The notes under the pieces: model-generated
What the model saw: only the letters and a program-made list of their open reading frames with translations
Told to the model about the DNA's origin: nothing
The model's database searches: none
Translations under genes and position numbers: made by a program
Shown here: in pieces, positions 1 through 8,243 of the stretch
Layout: every line of letters begins with the position of its first letter
How positions within the stretch are numbered: the first letter of the stretch is position 1
Source: an uncultured bacterium
Lineage (GTDB): Bacteria; Abyssobacteria; SURF-5
Direction of reading: 5' to 3'
Assembly (NCBI GenBank): GCA_964510165.1
Contig: CAZEBC010000005.1
Location: forward strand, 13,184-29,838
Length of the DNA stretch: 16,655 nucleotides

Positions 1-21
1 GAAAGGAGAAGGAGAGGCGAA

Positions 22-825
22 ATGAAGACAATCACTTACGAGAAGGACGGCCATATCGGGCTTATCACGCTCAACCGGCCGCATCGCCTGAACGCGCTGT
101 CTCACACAATGGTGAGGGAATTGCATCAGTTGTTCAACATCCTCGACGAAGAACTCGAGACCAGGGTGCTCATCATTACCGGCGCCGGCCGGGGTTTCTG
201 TGCGGGCGCGGACCTGAAGGGCGGCGAGGACGAGGGCGCATGGGACGACCGGCTCGGGCCGATACAGTCGCAATACCGTCTCCAGCAGGGATACGCGAAC
301 CTGGTGATCAGGATGCGCCAGATACCGCAGCCCATCATCGCAGCGGTGAACGGGCCGGCGGCGGGAGGCGGGTTGTGCCTGGCGCTGGCGTCGGACGTGC
401 GGTATGCGTCGGAGTCGGCGCGGTTCAACTGCGCGTTTGTAAAGCTTGGCCTTTCGGGCGGCGAGATGGGAACGTCATATTTCCTGCCACGGATGGTGGG
501 CGCGTCGAAAGCGGCGGAACTGATGTATACCGGCCGCCTCATTGACGCGCAGACGGCATGCGAGATCGGGATGGTGTCGAAAGTGACGCCGGACGGCGAG
601 GTTGTGGCCGCGGCGAAGGAACTCGCGAATGAAATGCTCGCCAACGCCCCGCTCGCGCTCAGAATGACTAAAGAGGTGTTCAATTTCGGCCTGTGTGCGC
701 CGAGCCTTGAGAGCCAGGTCCACATGGAGAACCGCACTCAGACGATAAATTTCTTCACCGACGACTTCCGAGAGGGCGCCATGTCGTTCCTGATGAAGCG
801 GGCGCCCGAGTACGGCGACAAGTAG
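22..825 (+). CDS. Enoyl-CoA hydratase/isomerase (crotonase superfamily), EchA12-like subgroup
   Basis: Motifs ITLNRP..LNAL, GAGRGFCAGADL (oxyanion hole 1), IIAAVNGPAAGGG (oxyanion hole 2), C-terminal DFREGAMSFLMKRAPEY. Strong AAGGAG/GGAG RBS before ATG22. Confidence 0.93.
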   Translation: MKTITYEKDGHIGLITLNRPHRLNALSHTMVRELHQLFNILDEELETRVLIITGAGRGFCAGADLKGGEDEGAWDDRLGPIQSQYRLQQGYANLVIRMRQIPQPIIAAVNGPAAGGGLCLALASDVRYASESARFNCAFVKLGLSGGEMGTSYFLPRMVGASKAAELMYTGRLIDAQTACEIGMVSKVTPDGEVVAAAKELANEMLANAPLALRMTKEVFNFGLCAPSLESQVHMENRTQTINFFTDDFREGAMSFLMKRAPEYGDK

Positions 826-849
826 CGGCTGCCAAAGACTTGCCGCCTC

Positions 850-878
850 TTGCCATTGCGACAATTTAGTCACAGAAT
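850..878 (+). promoter_or_regulatory. Putative sigma70 promoter for the kinase/regulator pair
   Basis: TTGCCA (850-855), 17 bp spacer, CAGAAT (873-878) in an AT-rich intergenic gap. Confidence 0.4.
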
Positions 879-921
879 TACGTAAACAAGGTTTGCATGT
901 GTGATTAGTCTGAGGCACCAC

Positions 922-2370
922 ATGTTTGGCAAGAGGGAATGGGCGATTTTGGTCATCGCCGCGTTTTTTGGCTTTGCTTTTTTTGTCACTGACCTTACCC
1001 TTGATTATCTCGTCTTTGTCAAACGTTCCTTGCCCAATACCCACGTGATGCAGTTGCCCTTGCACGAAGTCGTACTGCGGACGACCGGGTTAGCTCTCTT
1101 CGTGTTGTTCGGGGCGGTGAGTTCTCGCCTGCTTTCGATGACCCGGCGCTCGGACACCGAAACCCGGCGCGCGCTTTCGCTTCTGCGGTCCACCCTCGAG
1201 TCGACGGTGGACGGCATCCTCGTGGTCGGCCTCGACAGGAGAATCACCCTTTACAACAAGCGTTTTGTTGAAATGTGGAGGATGCCGCTCGAATTCCTGG
1301 AACCTCATCAGGACGCCCAGGCGCTTGCGTGGGCGATGAAACAGATTGTAAATCCTGAGGGTTTCCTCCAAAAAGTGGAGGAGTTGTATTCCCGGCCTGA
1401 AGAGGAGAGTTTCGACGTGATCGAGATAAAGGATGGCCGCATCTTCGAGCGACTTTCGCGCCCGCAATGGATGGACGGAGTCCCGATCGGCCGGGTGTGG
1501 AGTTTCCGGGACGTGACCTCCCGCGTGCAAACCGAGGAGGCGCTGCGTCAGGCTACCGAGCTTCTTGAGAAGCGCGTCGAGGAGCGCACCGCAGAACTGT
1601 CCAACTCGAATGAGCTTCTGAGGCAGGAGATTATCGAGCGCGAGCGAATCGAGGAAGAACTGAGGCAATCGGAACTTGAGCTGCGCAGGGTGTCGTCAAG
1701 GTTGCTTTCGGTTCAGGAAAGAGAAAGGCAGCGCATCTCGCTCGAGCTGCACGACGCGCTCGGACAATCGCTCAGCCTCTTGAAGCTCCGCCTCGGCGGC
1801 GTCGGCAAGCTCGCCAACGGTGACGACACGACCCGGAAGGCCCTCGAAGACATATTGCGGTTCGTGGACGAAATTATCGAGAGTCTGAGGAGAATCTCGC
1901 ACGACTTGAGTCCTCAGGTGCTCGAAGACCTGGGCCTCCTGGCCGCGCTCCGGTCGTTGACCCGGGAGTTCTCCAGGCATTCCGGCATTCATGTTTTCAT
2001 GGAAATGGAGGACACAGAACACCTGATCGGCCCCGACTCCCAAATCGCGATCTACCGCATCTTCCAGGAGGCGTTCACGAACATCGAGAAACATTCCGAG
2101 GCGCGCAACGCCTGGGTTTCTTTGAAAAGGGAGTTTGACATCGCCATATTCCGTATCGAGGATGACGGGAAGGGCTTCGACACCAAACGAATCGAGGCAA
2201 ACCACAGGGCCGGGCGAAGCCTTGGCCTTGCGGCTATGGAAGAACGGGCGCGAATGCTCGGCGGCTCGCTCGAGGTGTCGGCGAGGGAAACTTGCGGGAC
2301 CAGGATCACGCTTATGGTCCCCATTTCAAAGGAATTGGACCATGACGTATCGCATCATGCTGGCCGATGA
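922..2370 (+). CDS. Membrane-anchored PAS-domain sensor histidine kinase (HisKA_3, NarX/UhpB type)
   Basis: Two N-terminal hydrophobic helices; PAS (STVDGILVV..YNKRFVEMW..WSFRDVT); coiled coil; H-box ERQRISLELHDALGQ; N-box YRIFQEAFTNIEKHS; G1 EDDGKGF; G2 SLGLAAMEERA. ATG922 preferred over GTG901 because GAGG lies at 912-915. Confidence 0.92.
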   Translation: MFGKREWAILVIAAFFGFAFFVTDLTLDYLVFVKRSLPNTHVMQLPLHEVVLRTTGLALFVLFGAVSSRLLSMTRRSDTETRRALSLLRSTLESTVDGILVVGLDRRITLYNKRFVEMWRMPLEFLEPHQDAQALAWAMKQIVNPEGFLQKVEELYSRPEEESFDVIEIKDGRIFERLSRPQWMDGVPIGRVWSFRDVTSRVQTEEALRQATELLEKRVEERTAELSNSNELLRQEIIERERIEEELRQSELELRRVSSRLLSVQERERQRISLELHDALGQSLSLLKLRLGGVGKLANGDDTTRKALEDILRFVDEIIESLRRISHDLSPQVLEDLGLLAALRSLTREFSRHSGIHVFMEMEDTEHLIGPDSQIAIYRIFQEAFTNIEKHSEARNAWVSLKREFDIAIFRIEDDGKGFDTKRIEANHRAGRSLGLAAMEERARMLGGSLEVSARETCGTRITLMVPISKELDHDVSHHAGR

Positions 2371-2995
2371 CCATTTCCTGATTCGGCGCGGCGTTAGAAG
2401 AATAATCGATGAGGCTGACAATATGACGGTTGTCGGGGAGGCTAGCGACGGCGCGGAGTTGCTGGACCTGTTGAAGAATGCCGTGCCCGACATGGCGATC
2501 GTGGATATTTCAATGCCCAGAATCGGCGGGATTGAGGCCACTCGCGAGATCAAGCGCGCTTATCCCGCCGTCAAGGTTCTCGTTCTCACAATGCACAGAA
2601 ATAAGGAATATCTCTACCGCGCGCTCACTGCCGGCGCCGATGGGTACCTCCTCAAGGAAGACACTGAGCGCGAGCTGTTCACAGCCATTGACGTAATCCG
2701 TGGAGGAGAGATTTACCTCTCGCCCGCCTTCTCGGCCGAGCTTCGGGACGACCTTGTCGAGGTCCTCAAAGCGGGCGGCGACCTCGAAAGCGAGCCGCTT
2801 TCGCTTCGCGAACAGGAAGTGCTCAAGCTCATTGCCGAGGGCAAGTCGAACAAGGAAATCGCGGACGTGTTGTGCATCAGCATCCGCACCGTGGAGCATC
2901 ATCGCGCCAGCATCGCCTCCAAGCTGGATATCCGCAACGTCGTGGACCTCGTCAAGTACGCCATCCGCAAAGGCTACGTCACCGAAGGCACTTGA
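2342..2995 (+). CDS. NarL/FixJ-family response regulator (REC + LuxR HTH)
   Basis: MTYRIMLADDH, phosphoacceptor AIVDISMP, VLTMH, GYLLK, HTH LSLREQEVLKLIAEGKSNKEIA..ISIRTVEHHR. Real start is ATG2342 after AAGGA; it overlaps the kinase end by 29 bp. Confidence 0.95.
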   Translation: MTYRIMLADDHFLIRRGVRRIIDEADNMTVVGEASDGAELLDLLKNAVPDMAIVDISMPRIGGIEATREIKRAYPAVKVLVLTMHRNKEYLYRALTAGADGYLLKEDTERELFTAIDVIRGGEIYLSPAFSAELRDDLVEVLKAGGDLESEPLSLREQEVLKLIAEGKSNKEIADVLCISIRTVEHHRASIASKLDIRNVVDLVKYAIRKGYVTEGT

Positions 2996-3173
2996 TGGGC
3001 TCTCTGTAAAGCAACCCCAAAGCCCTCTCGATCTTGCCGCATATTGAACACCTGATCCGACTGTTTCTTTCCTTGGTTACATCGGGGTATGGGTCACGGA
3101 TAATAGGTCTGCCCGTTGCAGACGAGTAAAGTCCTGGGGTAGCAGGCGGCGGCCAAATCCACGGCAAGCAATT

Positions 3174-6100
3174 TCAGAACCCTCGATTCTCGGCTTGTTC
3201 TTGAGGGACCGGAGTGGGATCACCATGTTTGAGGCCGCGCGATTTCCACAGATAATAGATGACGGGATAGACGGTGAGCTCCAGTATCATCGAGGTGGTC
3301 ATGCCGCCAACGATTGGGGCGGCGGTGCGTTGAATCATGTCCGACCCCGTGCCGGCGCCGAGCATGAACGGCATGAGTCCAATGATATCGGTGAGCACGG
3401 TCATCATCTTCGGGCGGATTCGTTTGACGGCGCCTTGATAAACGGCCTCCTTCAAGTCACCGGTCGTGAGCATGCGGCCCTCTTTCGTACGTTGTTCATG
3501 CGCGAGGTCGAGGTACAGCAGCATTACGACTCCCGTCTCGGCGTCAACGCCGAGCAATGCGAGGATGCCGACCCACACGGCGATGCTCAAATTGAAGTCA
3601 AGGAAGTACAAGAGCCAGATGGCGCCCACCAGCGAGAACGGGACGGCCAGGAAGACGATCAGGGTCTTGATGACGGACTTGGTGCTCAGATACATGACGA
3701 CAAAGATGATCATGATTGTCATGGGAATCACGAGCATCAAGCGTTTCTTTGCGCGCTCCATGTATTCGTACTGGCCGCTCCATGTGAGCGTGTAGCCCGC
3801 TGGAACCTTTACATTCTCCTTGATTGCCTTCTTGGCGCTTTCGACATATGTGCCGACATCAATCCCCTTTATGTCCACGTACACCCATGCGTTCGGCCGC
3901 GAGTCTTCGGTCTTTATCATGTCGGCGTCCTGCTCGAAGTAGATGTCTGCAAGCTGAGCGAGCGGAACCTGCTGGCCCGTGGGTGTCGGAACCAGCACGC
4001 GTTTGAGCGATTCGATATCCGAGCGGAGTTCGCGGCCATACCGTACATTGATGGGATATCGCTCAAGCCCCTCGACGGTGGTGCTGATGGCCATGCCGCC
4101 GATGGCGGATTGCACGATCTCCTGCACGTCTTCTATTGTCATTCCGTATCGCGCGATCTGGTCGCGGCTTATGCGGAAACTGATGTAGTTGCCGCCTGAA
4201 GCCCGCTCGGCATACGCGCTCAGTGTGCCGGGCACTCGTCGGATGATTGCCTCGACGTTGCGGCCGATCTCATCCAGCACCCTCAGGTCCGGCCCGCCGA
4301 TCTTTATGCCGACCGGCGTTTTTATGCCGGTCGAGAGCATGTCAATGCGGGTCTTGATGGGCATGGTCCAGGCGTTAGACACACCGGGGAACTGAATGGC
4401 GGCGTCGAGTTCTTCTTTCAGCTTCTCTTGAGTCATGCCCGGGCGCCATTCTTCTTCCGGCTTCAACATGATCGTGGTCTCGAGCATGTTCAAGGGCGCG
4501 GGGTCAGTCGCCGTCTCGGCACGGCCGGCCTTGCCGAAAACATGGTGGACTTCGGGGAATTGCCGGATTATTTTGTCCGTCTGCTGGAGCAGTTCGCGCG
4601 CTTTGGTCGTCGAGATGCTTGGAAGCGTGGTCGGCATATAGAGAAAGTCGCCCTCGTACAGAGGCGGCATGAATTCGCGCCCGAGCCGGCTGAACGGAAC
4701 GAACGTGAAGGCCATGATCGCGACAGCGGCCACAATGACAGACTTCCTATATTTCACAACGAAAGGTAAGACCGGTGAATAGACCCAAACCATGGCCCGG
4801 CTCACCGGATGCCGATCTTCGGGAACAATCTTGCCGCGAATCCAGAACCCCATGAGAATAGGAACAATTGTGACGGCGAGAATGGCAGATGCCACCATCG
4901 CGTACGTCTTCGTATAGGCGAGCGGCTTGAAGAGCCTTCCTTCCTGCGCCTGAAGCGCGAAGATCGGAAGGAAGGACAGTGCGATCACAATGGCAGAGTA
5001 GAAGAGGGTCGGCCCCACTTCGGTAGAGGCTTCCCTGACGATTTCCCAGTGCGGTTTCTTGCCGGCGTCCTCCTCCATATGCTTGTGCAGGTTTTCGACC
5101 ATCACGTTGGCGGCGTCAACCATGGCGCCCACAGCGATAGCGATGCCTCCGAGCGACATGATATTCGAGTCTATACCTTGCCACTTCATTATTGCGAACG
5201 AGATTACGACAGCGATGGGCAGTGTGATTATGCCGACGAGCGAACTGCGCAGGTGAAAGAGCATGACTCCGCATACAATGGCGACAGCGATCATTTGTTC
5301 GGTGAGACTTTTCCAGAGATTATCGACCGCGCGGTTTATCAGGGCAGACCGGTCATAGACGATGATGACCTCGACGTCAGGAGGCAACCCTTTTTTGAGT
5401 TGTTCGACTTTGGCTTTCACGCGGTTTATGACATCGAGCGCGTTGACGCCGTGTCTGACCACGACAATGCCGCCGACGGTCTCACCCTCGCCGTTCAACT
5501 CGGCGATTCCCCGCCTCATCTCCGTCCCGAGCGTAACGGTTGCGACATCGCGAAGCAGAATCGGTGTGCCTCTTATGTCTGCGCCGACGACCACCTTCTT
5601 CAGGTCCTCGACGTTCGTGATGTAGCCGAGACTTCGCACCACAAATTCCTTTTCCGACATCTCGATGCTGGCGCCGCCGGTGTCAACGTTGCTCTTCCGT
5701 ATCGCCATCATGACGTCTCGAAGAGGCAACTTGTATGCGAGCAGCCTGACAGGGTCAACGATGACCTGGTACTGCTTCACGAAACCGCCGATGCTCGCGA
5801 CTTCGGAGACGCCCTCGACGCTCGTCAATTGGTACTTCAGATACCAATCCTGAAGCGAACGAAGCTGGCTGAGGTCACGCTCATTGGACTTAAGCGCGTA
5901 CATGAACGCCCAGCCGACCCCTGTCGCGTCGGGGCCGAGAGTCGGGGTGACGCCTTTGGGCAGTTGGGCGGAGACATAGCTCAAGTATTCGAGCACACGG
6001 CTGCGCGCCCAATATAGGTCGGTCCCATCCTCGAAAATGACGTATACGAAGGAGAAACCGAAGAACGAATAGCCGCGCACCACGCTTGCATAAGGAACAG

Positions 6101-6323
6101 AAAGCATCTTGGTGGTGATAGGATACGTGATCTGATCCTCGACCACACGGGGCGCCTGGCCCGGGTATTCGGTGAATATGATGACCTGCACGTCGCTGAG
6201 GTCAGGGATCGCGTCAAGCGGAATCGTCTTGAGAGAGTAAACACCCAAGGCCGTTGCGAAGATAGTCGCCAGGATCACGAAGAACTTGTTCTTCAGCGAC
6301 CATTCAATTATCTTGACGAGCAT
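3174..6323 (-). CDS. cusA: CusA/SilA-type heavy-metal (Cu+/Ag+) RND efflux permease
   Basis: N-terminal IPLDAIPDLSDVQVII. Met triad equivalent to E. coli CusA M573/M623/M672 (FLYMPT, APLNMLET, RIDMLSTG). Proton-relay residues in GAMVDAA, GVDAETG and RIRPKMMT. 1049 aa. Confidence 0.96.
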   Translation of the reverse strand: MLVKIIEWSLKNKFFVILATIFATALGVYSLKTIPLDAIPDLSDVQVIIFTEYPGQAPRVVEDQITYPITTKMLSVPYASVVRGYSFFGFSFVYVIFEDGTDLYWARSRVLEYLSYVSAQLPKGVTPTLGPDATGVGWAFMYALKSNERDLSQLRSLQDWYLKYQLTSVEGVSEVASIGGFVKQYQVIVDPVRLLAYKLPLRDVMMAIRKSNVDTGGASIEMSEKEFVVRSLGYITNVEDLKKVVVGADIRGTPILLRDVATVTLGTEMRRGIAELNGEGETVGGIVVVRHGVNALDVINRVKAKVEQLKKGLPPDVEVIIVYDRSALINRAVDNLWKSLTEQMIAVAIVCGVMLFHLRSSLVGIITLPIAVVISFAIMKWQGIDSNIMSLGGIAIAVGAMVDAANVMVENLHKHMEEDAGKKPHWEIVREASTEVGPTLFYSAIVIALSFLPIFALQAQEGRLFKPLAYTKTYAMVASAILAVTIVPILMGFWIRGKIVPEDRHPVSRAMVWVYSPVLPFVVKYRKSVIVAAVAIMAFTFVPFSRLGREFMPPLYEGDFLYMPTTLPSISTTKARELLQQTDKIIRQFPEVHHVFGKAGRAETATDPAPLNMLETTIMLKPEEEWRPGMTQEKLKEELDAAIQFPGVSNAWTMPIKTRIDMLSTGIKTPVGIKIGGPDLRVLDEIGRNVEAIIRRVPGTLSAYAERASGGNYISFRISRDQIARYGMTIEDVQEIVQSAIGGMAISTTVEGLERYPINVRYGRELRSDIESLKRVLVPTPTGQQVPLAQLADIYFEQDADMIKTEDSRPNAWVYVDIKGIDVGTYVESAKKAIKENVKVPAGYTLTWSGQYEYMERAKKRLMLVIPMTIMIIFVVMYLSTKSVIKTLIVFLAVPFSLVGAIWLLYFLDFNLSIAVWVGILALLGVDAETGVVMLLYLDLAHEQRTKEGRMLTTGDLKEAVYQGAVKRIRPKMMTVLTDIIGLMPFMLGAGTGSDMIQRTAAPIVGGMTTSMILELTVYPVIYYLWKSRGLKHGDPTPVPQEQAENRGF

Positions 6324-6329
6324 GATCGG

Positions 6330-8243
6330 TTATCCTATTTCTCCGACCTTGGCGCCGCACACGAGCATCTGCGAGCCAAGGAAGGGATTCTTTATCTCTT
6401 CAGTGTCTTGAATCCACTTCTCATTGACCATCGGGCATTGGATGATTACATAGCGCTTTGGCAACTTCACCTCGTGCGACATGAAGACGGCAATGAGCGC
6501 GCGGCTTACGCCCTTCATTGACTCGCGCGCCGAGTTCAGATCGCCGCTCTTCATTTCTGATGCCGCCTTGTGGAGCGCCTTGAGTTGAGTTGCCAGCATT
6601 TCATCCTTGGCGTCGGCCGCGGCGTTGCCGGCCAAGCCCGCCAGCTTCGTGGCGTTTTCCTTGATTCCCGAAGTGGAGTCTTTCGCCAACGCTTCCCATA
6701 TGGGCAAGTAAGCTTCAAGCATCTTGCCGAGCGCATCGGTCGTCTTCGGGTCGTCGATGACCGGCTTTATCTTCTGTAGGTCACGTTCGATGTCTTTGGT
6801 CGCGGGCTCCTGTTCCCCCGGCGCCATGAGCATCTTATTGATGGCTTCGCGCAGATTGCTTTCGGAGTCAATGAGGAACTGTGCGGACGTAACCACAGTC
6901 TCTGTTCCCTCCAGTCCCTCAAGCACCTGATACTCGCCCGCTCCCTGCAGGCCCAGTTTAACTTCACGCGGCTCGAAGCGGCCGCCGCCTTTGTCCAGCA
7001 CTACCACGTTTCTCTCGCCGGTGTGGAGCACGGCCATTTGGGGGACAGCCACTACGTTTCTCGCGGCCACCGGCAATAGCGTGACGGTCGCGAACATTTG
7101 AGGCCTCAGTTTCCCGTCGGGATTGGGAATCTGGAGGTTCACCCTGATTGTCCTCGTGGTTTCGTCCACGAATGGGTTGAAGAAGAGAACCTTGACGTGA
7201 AAGATTTCTCCAGGATAGTAGTCGATCTCCACTCTGGCATCTTGACCCACCTCGATCCAGGGAAGTTGATACTCATACAGGTCCACATAGACCCAGAGGC
7301 TTGAGAGGTCTGCTATCTTATACAGGTTCAGCCCCGTTTCCACCTTCATTCCATCAAGGGCGCGGTCTTGTTTCTCTATGACGATGCCGGTCGCCGGTGA
7401 TACGACGGTGAGGGTTTTTCGGATTTGCTTTTCTTCTTCCAGCCGCTTTATCTGCTCATCTGTGATATCCAAGTAGTGCAGCCGACTTCGGCTTGCCTGA
7501 AGGAGGTAATCTGCGTCCGCATCGGGCTCGGGGACGCCCTTTTCTCTCATTTCGTCGCGATAGTTGAGCGCAATCAGGTATTCCTGCTGGGCGCTCACAA
7601 GTTCCGGGCTGTAAATCTCGAATAGCGGCTGTCCTTTCTTGACTTCCTCGCCGACGTAATTCACATAGACTTTCTCTATCCACCCTTCATACTTGGTGTT
7701 CACAAGGTAAATGTTCTTCTGGTTATAATCGAGGGTGCCGACAGTGCGAATCTCCAGCGTTAAGTCGCCGCGCCTGACAGGCGCCGTGATCACTCCGATG
7801 TTCTGGACAGTTGCGGGATCGATCCTTATGCCGGGCTCAGCGGCGCCGGCTCCCGTCACCTCGTCCTCATAGACCGGGATGAAGTCCATCCCCATTGAGT
7901 CCTTCAAGAAAGTGGGGGAGGTGACTGTCGGGTCCATGGGGGACCGCCAAAATTTTACTTTTCTTCCCCCGACGGTTGGCCCGCTTTCCTTCTTTATGAT
8001 TAGCTGGTTTATTCTTTCGAACACTCCGACCTTCATCGGATTGGCAATCACCAAAAGAGCAAATCCCACCCCAAGCAGGAATACAATGAGTCCGGCAATT
8101 GAGGCGCTTGCCTTTCCGCTATTGTCCGAAATAATCGTGACCAGCTTTGCAATCGGCCACATCTTATTGAACCGATTCTGCCGCTCATAGCGTGAGCCCA
8201 GGCGAGAATCGGAGCTCTTTCCAGCATCGTTCATACCGGTCAT
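6330..8243 (-). CDS. cusB: CusB-type RND periplasmic adaptor with Met-rich metal motif and C-terminal DUF3347-like domain
   Basis: TM anchor; WRSPMDP..KDSMGMD motif (three Met, as in the CusB Cu site); MFP core GWIEKVY..YSPELVSAQQEY..LRPQMF..SAQFLIDSESNL; C-terminal ..AYLPIWEALAKD..CPMVNEKW..NPFLGSQMLVCG. ATGA overlap with the upstream OMF stop. Confidence 0.92.
   Translation of the reverse strand: MTGMNDAGKSSDSRLGSRYERQNRFNKMWPIAKLVTIISDNSGKASASIAGLIVFLLGVGFALLVIANPMKVGVFERINQLIIKKESGPTVGGRKVKFWRSPMDPTVTSPTFLKDSMGMDFIPVYEDEVTGAGAAEPGIRIDPATVQNIGVITAPVRRGDLTLEIRTVGTLDYNQKNIYLVNTKYEGWIEKVYVNYVGEEVKKGQPLFEIYSPELVSAQQEYLIALNYRDEMREKGVPEPDADADYLLQASRSRLHYLDITDEQIKRLEEEKQIRKTLTVVSPATGIVIEKQDRALDGMKVETGLNLYKIADLSSLWVYVDLYEYQLPWIEVGQDARVEIDYYPGEIFHVKVLFFNPFVDETTRTIRVNLQIPNPDGKLRPQMFATVTLLPVAARNVVAVPQMAVLHTGERNVVVLDKGGGRFEPREVKLGLQGAGEYQVLEGLEGTETVVTSAQFLIDSESNLREAINKMLMAPGEQEPATKDIERDLQKIKPVIDDPKTTDALGKMLEAYLPIWEALAKDSTSGIKENATKLAGLAGNAAADAKDEMLATQLKALHKAASEMKSGDLNSARESMKGVSRALIAVFMSHEVKLPKRYVIIQCPMVNEKWIQDTEEIKNPFLGSQMLVCGAKVGEIG

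Noticed and set aside
826-847. GCGGC..GCCGC inverted repeat after the crotonase stop as a terminator
   Set aside because: Only a 5-bp stem with a long loop and no U-tract.
2135-2341. 69-aa N-terminal extension of the response regulator in the ORF track
   Set aside because: It lies inside the kinase HATPase coding region; the REC domain begins at ATG2342, which has its own RBS.
3195-6017. Long + strand ORFs (334 aa and 402 aa) antisense to cusA
   Set aside because: Typical shadow ORFs from GC-rich codon bias, with no recognisable motifs. The same applies to antisense ORFs over the crotonase, kinase, cobB, channel and rlmN genes.
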